Source: Phoronis australis (taxonomy: Eukaryota > Animalia > Phoronida). Taken from it: a stretch of DNA of 64,000 nucleotides. The notes beneath the pieces are model-generated. The model was not told where the DNA came from, did not search any database, and saw only the letters and a list, made by a program, of their open reading frames with translations. The stretch is from assembly GCA_002633005.1 (NCBI GenBank), contig NMRA01000110.1:1-64000 (forward strand). Reading direction: 5' to 3'. The translations under genes were made by a program, and so were the position numbers. Shown in pieces: positions 1 through 11,979 of the stretch (the first letter of the stretch is position 1; each line of letters begins with the position of its first letter).

Positions 1-131
1 GCAATACAAGTATATTTGAAACACGCAATACAAGTATATTTGAAACACGCAATACAAGTATATTTAAAACACGCAATCCATGTATATTTGAAACACGCAA
101 TACAAGTATATTTGAAACACGCAATACATGT
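1..131. repeat. 24-bp tandem repeat (GCAATACAAGTATATTTGAAACAC), about 5.5 copies, cut by the window edge
   Basis: Periodicity seen directly in the sequence. Confidence 0.95.
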
Positions 132-237
132 ATCTCTTCACATCCTATGTGTGACGAAATAAAAATCCCAATCACGTGTTTTCTTGACTCATTATTAATT
201 CACAGGTGTTTGTTACTGGTCGATATTACAACTCAAA

Positions 238-3200
238 ATGGCATTTCGTATGAGTAGAAGTTGTGGAAGGCTATCAAATGTCATCTTTCTTTTTGTGATA
301 TCCGTCCTAACGCCTCTGGTTCTGCTACAGTATTATCTAATAGAAGCAATTGACAACTTGAGAATAGAACTCGCTGTCAAACCGTATGATGGCGGACAGA
401 ACGGAATTCTGCCTGTTGCGAAACGAGGCCTTATAAAAGACTTAGGAGTCACGGACAAAAATGGGAGGACGTATGACAAGGAAAGCGCTGCTTTAGGAGG
501 GGCTATAAAATCATTGGAACCAACTTTGCTGAAGACCCGAGGAAAACTTACGAATGAGGAGTATGTCGTGGCACCACGTCACGGTCACTATCCAGGTTTG
601 AACATACGTCAGGCGTTCACAGAATTGTAGCCTTAGACTTAGATTTTATTTGTCATTGTCGACAAAACACGCATGTGGAAGAGCAGTTTTTTAACGCTCG
701 TAAATTTTGTCGCAAAATGCACACTTCTTCAAAAGTAGGATCAGCTACTAAGATCCCACAAAACTGGACCGAATTTTCGAAGAGGTAATTTTGGTCTAAT
801 GAACAGTCGTGAGAGAAGTTTTCGCGAACCATTTGCTGCGCAGAAGTTATAAAAATTATTGATAGTTTACATGTCTCTTTATACCAAACGAAAAACCTAT
901 TTTCAGTTATGATGAATGAATATTTAGGTATAACCCTGCTACCAAGCTAATAGTAAAACGTTGGGGTCAACAACTTACACTTACACTTACAGGTAAGAAT
1001 GGCTTACCATTCGTGATAAAGCGTCAAAATTTGAGCGACGAGGAAAAGGTGGAATACGACAAAGGGTGGAGCCAGTTCGCCTTCAATATTTACGCTAGCG
1101 ACCGAATATCCCTTCAGCGGCGTATTTCTGACAAACGGGATAAAGCGTACGTGGAATTAGAAAGGAATGCAAGTTTGCAAATCCTTTCTCATCAAATGCT
1201 TTTAACTTAGAAACGGTTGCCCCAATTGTGAAACTATCACTCCGATCTCAGGTGTATTAACGGCTATCTCACATCGAGGACTAATATATACAATAGCACA
1301 ATAGTTTTGGGCTGGGAGTTTTCACTCAGTATTGCACTACTTCTCCGTCCGAGCGGCCATGAAGGGGCAGTCACACTGAAAATACATGTAGGCCGGGCTG
1401 AGGGCAAGTGAGCGAGCGGAAAATTGTTGACGTTCGCTGGAATACGATGAAGATGGTTAGACCGTTGCTTCATTTTCGTTGTTTTTTCTTGACAGCTCGT
1501 TCACCTCATTCTCCCATGATATTGTTCGTCGTGAATTTAGAACCTATGATGTTGTTTTAAAAATCTGTGGACATTCGCCTTACCATCTTGGTGGAGCGGG
1601 CTGGTAGAGGGCGAAAACGCTCAACGACCAAAAACTTGAATACCATACGGTCTATTGGTTTATTAGTCGAACCGTAAAGGAATTAGTCAATTCAAAATTG
1701 TGTCTCCACTTTTTCAAAGTCATAGTAAGACCATATGACTACCATGACGTGTCAGGGCCCAGAACCTGCTCCATGCGATGAAGACGCGATGCTGAAGAGT
1801 AACTGCAAAACGAAAACGTCGGTCTGTTTGAAAAGCAACAGTTCAATACAGCACGATAGCTCATCTAGGCCGTTTAAAGTTTTTTAATCATCGGTAAAAA
1901 TGGACAAAATTTCACCAAGCTCAACTTGGTGCTTCAATTTCTAAATCAAAATGTGGAGAACCTTGATTTTTAAACTCAAACTCAACATTGCATTATCTAG
2001 AGTCCTAAGACTTGGCACTGACATCATTCAAGCTCGAAACTGAACACACCGATAGTCGAGGTTAACTAAATGCACGCACGAGCAGATGTAAAAATTCGTT
2101 ACTTCGTTTGTTTATGTGTTCGCCTCGATCAGTCATTAAATAAAGGCCCAAGATGTAGAAAACACCTATTTTCAGCGATTATACGTTCGCTAAAATCCTT
2201 AAGTGGGACAAAGTAAGTAGTGTTAAGAGAAAACTACAGTTTGGTAGAATTTACACGATGTAATCTTAGGTAGTTCAGTGCCTTTAGCTGTGGCAGACTT
2301 GATTTATAAGCAGCTGCTTAGCGCGCGTCAAACTGAAATGAATCTGTAGTTAATATTGCCACGTTTCTTCTCTGTCATTGATTTGCAGGTGTTTTGATTT
2401 GAAGTATGCAGATGTCACAGAGCTTCCAGACACAAGCGTTATAATTTGTTTTATCAACGAGGCTTGGTCTGTGCTCCTCCGTACTGTTCACAGTGTTATC
2501 AACAACTCGCCAAAGGAACTGGTCAAGGAAATAATTCTTGTTGACGACTATTCTAATATGAGTAAGCCTCTTGGGTGTCACAGCTATGTTATAACTAGAG
2601 TTCTGTGTCATTTTGCTGAGTATTGAAAGAATCCACCATATAGCAGTTTTTACAGTAGAGATACTTACACTTCCAATAATATAGAGCACTGCCCTCCAAC
2701 ATGACGTTCCCCAAATCAGGCAATTTTAAAACATATTTAAATCAATTGAAGTAGTTTTATCAATTAAGTCGGTACAAACCATGATCTGTTGATAAAAACA
2801 ACGACTTCTTTAATCCAAAGCAAGGCCTCCACTCTCATGTCCTTTGTTTGGATTGAAATTGGTTGCAATAAATAGCTCCCGTCCCGAACATAAATACCCT
2901 CGTCCCGAACTTATCCGCCATGACCAAGGCACAAGCCTGGAGATTCTGTTGTTGTCAAGCGATATTTCCCTAACTTATTTAAAATGTGTCCTCTGAAAGA
3001 TTGCGTGTGTGGAGTGCACGAGGAAGGGCAAGAAGACGCGTTTGATTAGAATTTTACCTTTTAAGACCTTTAGGCTTAAGGCTTATTTAACATGTTTCAC
3101 TTATTAGAAAAGGTAGCGTAAACCTGTTCAGTCTATTTCCATAAAAATGATAACAATCTGAAAATGGTGACGCTTTGAGGGAGTCCCCGGCGATAGGGGT

Positions 3201-6200
3201 CTTAGCTGCGTTTTGTAGACGCAAGGCATACAATCGCGAAAAAACTATTAGAATCAAATGATTTCTAATGTATGGTGACACTTCTCGAAGAAATGCATAC
3301 TCTTGCGTTTATAAGAGTTGATTGCATGTACAGAACGTAGCCCGGTCCGAGTAAGGCCGTGCTCCGTCGCTCTCAGTACTTCCTCACAGTACGTGCCATT
3401 GCTGTCATCTGAAAAATTGTTAAAGTGACTTTATAATAATCCCCATTGCTCTATGTTCACTCAAATTTAGATCATCTTGGAGCACAGTTGCAGGAATACA
3501 TGGATAAACTTGGTATTGTGAAGATTATCCGAACACAACGGAGGGAGGGTTTGATAAGAGCCCGTGTTATTGGAGCAAGAGCAGCCACGGGAACTGTATT
3601 GACGTTTCTCGATTCACACTCTGAATGCACACCGGGTAAGAAGTGCGCCATTTTAATCAGTAATCAATTAAATAAAATGTATCGTTCGCGCAAACTCCGT
3701 CTCCCCGCTCCACTACAGACCTTCGTTACACCCGTTTCGGCTACAAATTGGTCCCAGGTAGTGCACTGGTCCCCTATTTAGATTCGAGGTGTTCCATTTT
3801 TTTCTCGGGCCGTTTTTTCACGGACGGGGAGGGAGGGTGGCCAGTTTCGTACTGGCCTTGGTGACTTCAGTCCCTGGGCTCAACAGACTTGGTGACGTCA
3901 GTCCGTCGGCTTAATTTCACTCCCTCCGGCTTCTGTCCTGTCATCGCCTAAGTTAATGATGTTATTTAAAACTTAACTTTTCGTTGAATAAACTTATTTA
4001 TTTACCGATGTTGGCAACATTGGCGGTCTACCGTTATTTTGCTGCTAAAATTGTAGTGGGTTCTTTTGGGTCGTCTTTCGACGCCATTGCGTCACCTATT
4101 GGCCAATTTCCGCAATTCTTCAATCAACACTCTTCTTCTCTTCTTCCACGAGGCTGCGTACATGTCATAACAATCGGAACTGGTTTCATTTTGTTACACG
4201 TTTTTATTATCTTTATAGAACATACCCAATTTCAGAACAATCTCCAGAGAAATCTTGCAAAATTTTAGGAAATGGCAAGTGCGTGTGCTACGACGACAGA
4301 CTTTTCTAATTTTTTTTTACAAAAGGCGGAGAGTTACGCAAAAATGACGTTCATTAGATTGTTTTTTTTTTACTTAAATGGCTGTAATGGGCAAGGTGAT
4401 TGTCAGTTGATTCCTAGATCCTGCATACACCCCCGGCCTGTAGTTAGGTCTACATATTGATATATTAAAAATTTCACGACGACATAACGAGCTGAGCTAC
4501 TCGGGTTGCGTGAACTTTCGGTGTCTAACGGCTACCTAGCTGAAGGTTGATGATAGTCTTCATACAGCTAGCTGGCTTTCTACCTCAGTATGTACATTTA
4601 TGATATGACTTTTGTAAATACATTATATAATTTGTGTACAATACAGCTAGTATGTTTAAAGCTTTCTTAGTTTTCATTTTAAACAGTATAACTGATTACC
4701 GTACTTTGTGTTATAGCAGGACCAAATGTTCTGAAAAAAATTGTAGTGCTTGGGGAAAGATTCACGAAGCCGCACAACCTGCCTAAATCTGACAGTGACA
4801 GAAATTCTGATTGAAGCATTAAAACAACACGGTCTTTTCAAGAAGTATTCGTGTCTCTTGCTATGAACGCTAATGTACACTTGAACGTGTAGCTATTTTC
4901 CCTCGGCATTTCCCACTAGCTGCTTTCGCACGGGTAACGGCTAGTTTAAAATAGACGGTATGACAGGCCGGAAAAAATAGGAAGACCTTTTATAGAGCCG
5001 TGGTTTAGGGAGAGAACCCTCATTAGTGAGACCCGACTTCGAAAACCAGTGCCTGAATTCACTAGAAGACAGCGACAACATATTAGACTGTCCGTGCGTC
5101 CTTGTGTTCGATCTCAGCCTGAATGAAAGAAAGGAAATATAAAGGGAATATATTGGCAATCATGTTATAGGAAGGAAGTAGTACGTATTGCTACAATAAT
5201 GACTTGTACACCGTCATTCACTCAATAAGGTCATCTGCCATAACCTGTCCTTCACGACGTTAAAACAATATCGACTGAACAATGTTACTCCAAATCTCAA
5301 TCTTAACACGTTTTCCTAGGATGGCTGGAGCCAATTTTAGATGAGATTCGTCGTGATCGAACGAGGTGCGTCACTCCAGTTATCGACGCCATCCACGATG
5401 ATACGTTTGCGTACATGCATAGTCACGTAAGGGGCATCCACGTGGGCGGATTTGATTGGCAAATGGGTTTTGCGTGGGTCTTGCCGCCGCCTGAAGAGCA
5501 GAAGAAGAGAGAACTGGAGAGATATGTCAGCCCAATGAAGTAATTTACTTTATGAACGTTAAACACGTAGCTTGCATCAGCAGAATATTTGGTAGGTTTG
5601 TAATTTTAAACGAGAGATTTGAGAGTTGCTTTCCTCTGCATTAGCTCTACATCCCTACAGACATCGAGGGATTGAGGTCAAGAAAAAGAAACGACAATGG
5701 CATCTCCTCCCTTAATTTGGCTCAACTATACAACACACAAGGTGTCAACTCATGAAATGCTGGGCCCTTCTAACTCTTCCTCAAGTTGGTTTAGTCAAAC
5801 CCGTATACTCGTTCCACTGTGAATCTGTTTCATAATATTCTTAGTTGACTTATTTGGTGAAAATTGCGAATGATGCATTTGTTGCCCAGGTTTGACCCTC
5901 TCTTAAGACTAAATTGTATTGGACTTTTCAAACACGTGACCACATGCTGTAACGTGACCACATGAAATAACCCTACCAACTAACTACTTCCTGTGCTCCT
6001 CGACTAGTGCTCTCTATGATCATCTTCAGGTCTCCCACCATGGCTGGCGGCCTGTTTTCTATCGAACGTGATTTCTTCTTCCACATTGGAGCTTACGACG
6101 AGGGAATGGACATTTGGGGCGCCGAGAACGTAGAGCTCTCATTACGGGTGATATGACATTTTAAGGCTATTTAGGACCTCTTCGACAAGTTTGTGTATAT

Positions 6201-9200
6201 CGTCCAATATCTGCAAACTATAGTTTTAAACTGGGTTAACGTATATATTTTCTGAACGTAGAAAACTGTAGAAATAAATGTTTGACTTTTTACCAATTTT
6301 CCATTCATTGGTCACGTGATCATGTCTTTTTTATAGACATTTGCCAAAACAGAAAGGTGCGTTGAACGTGTACAAAATAGAGGATACTTTGATGCAAACA
6401 CAGTTTTGCTTCAATACAGAACGCTATTTTCATCTTTTTCATGTGCGACCTGAAAAGTGTCAGCATTTACGTTACTTGGAATTTCAATGTAACTCGACCA
6501 ATTGTCGATTAAACCTCAAGAATTTCGCTTTAAACATCCTTTGTAACACTAGGAACTGCTTTCTGTGAGAAGTCTAACGAGGTTGTCTGAGCTTGAAAAG
6601 AATTGACACTTGGTTACTGCCTCTATCGGATGTTTCATTTAACTTTTTATAATAAAGCTTATAAGCTCAATGCAGACACCGTTCGTTCCTGAGGTTGTTC
6701 AGTAGAAATGGTTCTTTGTTTTAGATTGACCGATATATTTCTCTAGATTTGGATGTGCGGCGGAAGTCTGGTGACTCTTCCCTGTTCAAACGTTGGACAC
6801 ATCTTCAGAAAACGTGCACCGTATTCGAAAAAATCAGACGGAAATTTCGTGAAAAAGAATACACTGCGTCTAGTGGAAGTTTGGTTGGATGAGTACAAAC
6901 AGCTTTATTACGAAGCTTGGGGAATTGTTCATGAAACAAAGGTTAATTTGCATTGACTACGATTTTAAATTAAATAAAGAATAACAAACGACCACGAATG
7001 TACCGGACAGTCTTTCACGATTGTTTATAATTTTCAAATCGCTGTCTTTTGCACCAAGAAAATGATTCCTTTTATTTGTGTGCCATAATCCCCCCTCTGG
7101 CGTTTTCCCGCCCGTCCATCCTCCTCACGTCCGACCTCGTATCTTCAAAACCCTAGAGGTATGTTCGTGAAATTTTTTATATGTTTCTATCATGGATGGG
7201 GTGGCAAAACGAGCAACTTTGGGAAGGATCCGACTACCACTGAGCCCCCTACTTTCCATTTTCAAAATTTTACGTTTTCCTCTGGGACTTCTTTGACGGA
7301 TTTTGATGAAATTCGTCAAATAGGCTTCTATTAGCGATGACACCTCCCCCATTAAGCGACAATTCGACGTATTTGACTCCATCCAATGGCCATTTTCATA
7401 GTCATCGGTCAAACCACCAAGCATAGAGAATTGCACGGCTGACAATAGCTTTAGGACGGGTCGACTACTGAGGTACACCCTTGTGACAATTTTGTTTTTG
7501 CATGCGTGTCAAAATCTACCAAATTCTTTGATAAATCTTCAAAAATTTTTGTTGATCAGAGTGCAACTGATGTGGATTGTTGGACAAATTCAACTACTGT
7601 GAAGCCTCCTAGTTGCAATTTTTTCTTCTTTGCGTTTTTTACAACAACTTGGATATTAAAATGAGTAGACGAAAGCAGCTCCTCCGTTTTTGACCTACGT
7701 TGCGCCTCCCAGTGGCCTTTTTATATTGCTTTTATGGTTGTTGAGGAGGAGTGGCACGTGTGTTGTTATTGAGGAGAGCATTGCAGACTTGCTTTGCGCA
7801 ACCTAGAGGCTATTTTAAGTTATAATTATTAGTTTTGCTCTCTTTAATAGGCCTGTTTAAAATTATTCTTCTTGTTTCCTTGACTATGACACAGAATCGA
7901 ACTTTGATACACAGATACGCTTTCCTTTCCTACAGTTTGATTACGGTGACATATCTTCGAGGCTGGAGTTAAGAGATAGGCTCAAGTGCAAGTCGTTTCA
8001 TTGGTATTTGAAGAATGTGTACCCGTCCCTTTTCATCCCAAGTGAAGCAGTAGCGAAGGGTGAGGTAGGTCGCATTTGAACAGATATGGATAGCTCATTT
8101 GCGTGTTTCCCAACAAAGAAGGGATACTGAGAAAGAGTAGCTATCTTGTTGCATAACCTCAAGTAAATGCTGCGTTCCGTAGACGCAAGGCAGTCACAAA
8201 ACAGCAAGATCTACACTGCAGCAAGACCGTGCGAGTGAAAAGAAAGCGTTTCGTGAGCACGTTGGGGATACTTCTAGCATGCACTAGCAAACTGGTGACC
8301 GCTAAACTGACTGGTCGGTTGGGATAGATTTCACATTTAGATTTCTCACTGCAAGTGTCTCGAGAGTGTCCTGTTTTTAAGGAACACACAAGGCCTATCG
8401 CGCAGTGCACGTGCTAAATCTGTCTCGGGTCCTACAGTCGACAGACTTATTCCCGGGACCGGACTCTAGTATTTTTACTCGATATCTAACTCAAAATTAG
8501 TTTTGTAATTTTGTGTTCTACCTTTGTGCGAACTCAATGTAAGTGATTATTATTCTATGCTCGAGTATATGATGGGTTGCGTAGACAATATTCTAATCCT
8601 AGTTTGCTCTTGATGACCCAGCATAAAGGCGAAACATTCGAGTCTAAACTCGAAGCTTTTAGTTTTTACTCGAAATCTCCAGTTTCTACTCGAGTTTGTA
8701 GCACTAATATAGGGGTGACCTAGTGAAAATTGGACCAGAAACTCAGTCGGGACAACCATAATGTAATTAAGTTCTCACAAACTAGAATAGAAAATGCCAA
8801 AAATGACTTCGATTTCGATTTCGAGTAAGAAGATTAGACCCCTAGCTCAGATGTCCAGTGACAATTTAGTCGGTCTTGTGTCACGGCTTCAAAGAACGTG
8901 GTAACTAACCAGTCCTTGCTTCTTCTTTGGCAAGGGTCACTGAGAAGATATCTTTGCAAGTACGCTCATCCGTTTGCTTTTTTGTAGCTTTATTTATTTC
9001 TGATTTAGCTGTTCATCATGTAAATGTTCATTCAGGTGCGTAATGAAGCCTTTAAAGTGTGCTTAGACAGTCCCACAGATCCCGTGAAGTCTCGCGTAAA
9101 GTTGTACGGATGTCACGGGCAGGGGGGTAACCAGGTAAGTTTAACAATACGTGATAAGTGTTTTCTTGGCAATAAATGTAGTTGAACAGCAGTATAGACA

Positions 9201-10452
9201 TCTACCGGTAATGCTGAAACTGAACTGCTTAAATAAACCGATAGTTTTCATGTACTCAGTTTTCAATTATTCTTATATGCATGAGGAGACGTTGTATTGG
9301 TGAAGACGTTGTATTGGTGGAGACGTTGTATTGGTGGAGACGTTGTATTGGTGGAGACGTTGTATTGGTGGAGACGCTGTATTGGTGGAGACGTCGTATT
9401 GGTAGAGACGTTGTATTGGTGGAGTCGTTGTATTAGTAGAGACGTTGTATTGGTGGAGACATTGTATTAGTACAGACGTTGTATTGGTGGAGACGTTGTA
9501 TTGGTGGAGACGTTGTATTGGTGGAGACGTTGCATTGGTAGAGACGACGATGGGTAACAGGAAGCCAAGTCACTACTTCACCTGCTGGAGAACTGCAATC
9601 CAGATACACCTGTCTTCGAGCAGAAGTCAGTTGATTTTAAATCTTCACATTTTGTTCGTATTCTATTCCACAAAGGAAAGCTTCCAATGTTATCCTCTTG
9701 ACTATATCACAGCAACTCGATTGAAACGTGAATGACATCGCAACAACTTGTGATACAAAGATCTTGCTTGGGGAAGACATGCCTTCTAGATAAACGTATT
9801 CATTATGTTTCAGTTCTGGCTCTTGAGTAAGCGTCGTGAAATACGACGCAGCGACAAGTGTATGGATTATAGTGGTGGAGAACAAATAGAAATGTACCCT
9901 TGTCACTCACAGAAGGGCAATCAAGAATGGCTTTATAGAGAGGTAAGCGTTTAACAGCAACAGCCATTCAATAATCAGCGTGTTCAAAATGTCTCGACGG
10001 AGACTTTCATACGTCTTTTGATGAATGAAAAGTGACTTTTAAGAAAAGTGACTTTTAAGTCACTTAAAAAAAGAGTTAGAAGTCTTAAGTCATTTTCATG
10101 ACAGACCTCATGTCTATTAGGTTTAGCAGCAACCAATCCTGACAGGTGCACCGCAATCGGAAAGTATGCTGGATTCTACTCTTTTCCTCAATCTACAGGA
10201 TTTTGAGAAATATACTTCCCTGTGTACGACGCGCAATAAATGTGTTATGTACCTACATCATTCAGGGCTTGGCATGTTTCGACAGGTGTATTCTATTCTC
10301 ATGCACTGTAGGATAACACTATTCAACACGGCAACACTGGAAAATGCCTAGAAGTAGCAAAGCAGGGTGCAACATTACAGCTGAGCTTGTGCAACACTTC
10401 CGCTAAGCAGAAATGGATTTGGCATCGCACAAAAGAGGCCAGTGCCTCGTGA
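238..10452 (+). CDS. GALNT: Polypeptide N-acetylgalactosaminyltransferase (GT27, ppGalNAc-T) with C-terminal ricin-B lectin; 11 coding exons
   Basis: Exons with phase-consistent GT-AG introns: 238-595, 993-1146, 2389-2561, 3471-3635, 5320-5539, 6030-6147, 6747-6941, 7936-8064, 9036-9134, 9814-9942, 10312-10452 (TGA). N-terminal TM anchor; motifs [60 protein letters not shown] (DxH), [43 protein letters not shown]; lectin repeats [30 protein letters not shown]. The paralog cannot be assigned. An acceptor at 204-205 suggests a 5' UTR exon upstream of the window. Confidence 0.96.
3955..4578 (+). mobile_element. Truncated, diverged copy of the non-autonomous DNA element at about 32850-33490
   Basis: Colinear shared blocks: GGCG.TCTACCGTTATT.TGCTGCTAAA, CACCTATT.GCCA.TTTC, AAAAGGC.GAGAGTTACGCAA, GGCTGTAA.GG.CAAGGTGA, GTTGATTCC.AGAT, ATAGTCTTCAT.CAGC.AGCTGGC. 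Confidence 0.85.
8461..8842. mobile_element. Diverged MITE-like element with about 80-bp imperfect inverted repeats (GALNT intron 8)
   Basis: Left ACTCTAGTATTTTTACTCGA...TTTGTGCGAACTCAAT aligns with the reverse complement of right ATTAAGTTCTCACAAA...TCGAGTAAGAAGATTAGACC. Confidence 0.6.
9286..9546. repeat. 17-bp minisatellite (GAGACGTTGTATTGGTG), about 15 copies
   Basis: Periodicity seen directly; lies in GALNT intron 9. Confidence 0.95.
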
Positions 10453-10769
10453 CCGTCATTTCCGAATTTAAACCATCCAACTAACGAGACTTCCGGTATA
10501 GGGTGTGGACGAAGGAGAGATTTGCAGTGCGAGGTTGTGACTGAAGAGAAGAGGAAATTTAAAAGGGTGTGGGGAGGAAGCTCGCAAGGTCTCCAGGCTC
10601 AGAACAGCAGGGTCTTATTTGTTTTGTTATTACTTATTATTATTTATTTATGTAAAATACAGTTTAAATTCTCAATTTCAACACTACTTATTTGAATTTT
10701 GTGCACTTTGAGGTTCTTTACCGAATCCAACAAAAGTCAGTGCACGTTAACTGCGTATAATACATATGT

Positions 10770-10900
10770 AGACGCTGAGGTTGGTCAATAGTGAAATATT
10801 TCAAATAAACGCTAAAAAATCAGGAATCCCAAGTAGGGATCAAACCACAGGTCTCTAGATTGTCGGTCTAGTGATCTTACATGTACCACTACCCGTTATC
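10770..10900 (-). mobile_element. Degraded tRNA-derived SINE-like fragment
   Basis: Minus strand has a B-box-like GGTTTGATCCC after a TAGTGGTA A-box-like stretch. The block AGACG.TGAGGTTGG.CAATAGTGAAA occurs at 10770 and again at 11032. Confidence 0.4.
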
Positions 10901-11979
10901 TAACAGTAACTGTTTGCAGGCAACAGTTATGTCATACATCCCATGAACGGCGTTTCGCCTTTTCACACGATTTGGACTATTATATCATCAACAATTCACC
11001 AGTATGTGTTAATTAGATGTAGTAAGTGAAACAGACGTTGAGGTTGGCCAATAGTGAAACTTTTCAGATGCATTGTGGGTGTATAATGTATGATTTTGTC
11101 ATTTTTCACTGAAAATACGAGACAACATGTACACCCTTCGATTCTTTCAATATTTCATTTACAAAAGGTTCCAAGTGCTGCGTCTGTTTGTATAGTCTTG
11201 TACTCACGCACGGAAATCATTCAGTGTATAGTGGCCTTAGCGAATTAAACTGACGTTATCCAGTCGGTGAGAAAAAGCTTTTTCTGAGAACAGCCCCAAC
11301 GCAGAGTCGAACCTAAAACTCACGTGGCAGCCAGAATATTTAATTTTATGTGCTCTCTGAATCGACACCAGTTCTGGCTTCTAAATGGACTATTTTACTT
11401 TTGTGATTTCTAGTCGTGGTTAAAGTGGCTTATAGGCGTCACAGGGCCAAGTGTTACTTCTTTGTTTAGCAACAATTACGCTTGGCCTGATGTGAAAGAA
11501 ATGACTGGAAGTACGTGCTATCGTACGTTGACATCGTATGCCGGCGTTACATATTTGTAGATACTGATAACTAAATCACCTTTATTCCACACCCCGAGGT
11601 CTATTTTATGAAATATCTAAAGTCCTATGGTCACTAAAACGACCATTCCCAGTGTTTTTTTTATCAGAACTACGCGCCACACCTGATGTAAATTCTACTG
11701 TTAATGGTAATTACATTCAGCAACAATCACCAAAACCAATAAAGTGATCTGAGTCCTCCGGCGACTGCAACTTTGGTCATACGACCATCGATAAAACTCC
11801 CAGATAATATGCTTTCTAAGGCTTTTTGTGCATTATACTTTTCGTAATAAACAATAAAAAATCGATATAATGAGCCCCAGAAAGTCAGGCATTTCTTGAA
11901 TAAACGAGGAAAGCAAATGTACCGGAGTAAGAATACGCGTTAGTTCACATCTTGCTTTTATTATTGGTTATTAACATGT

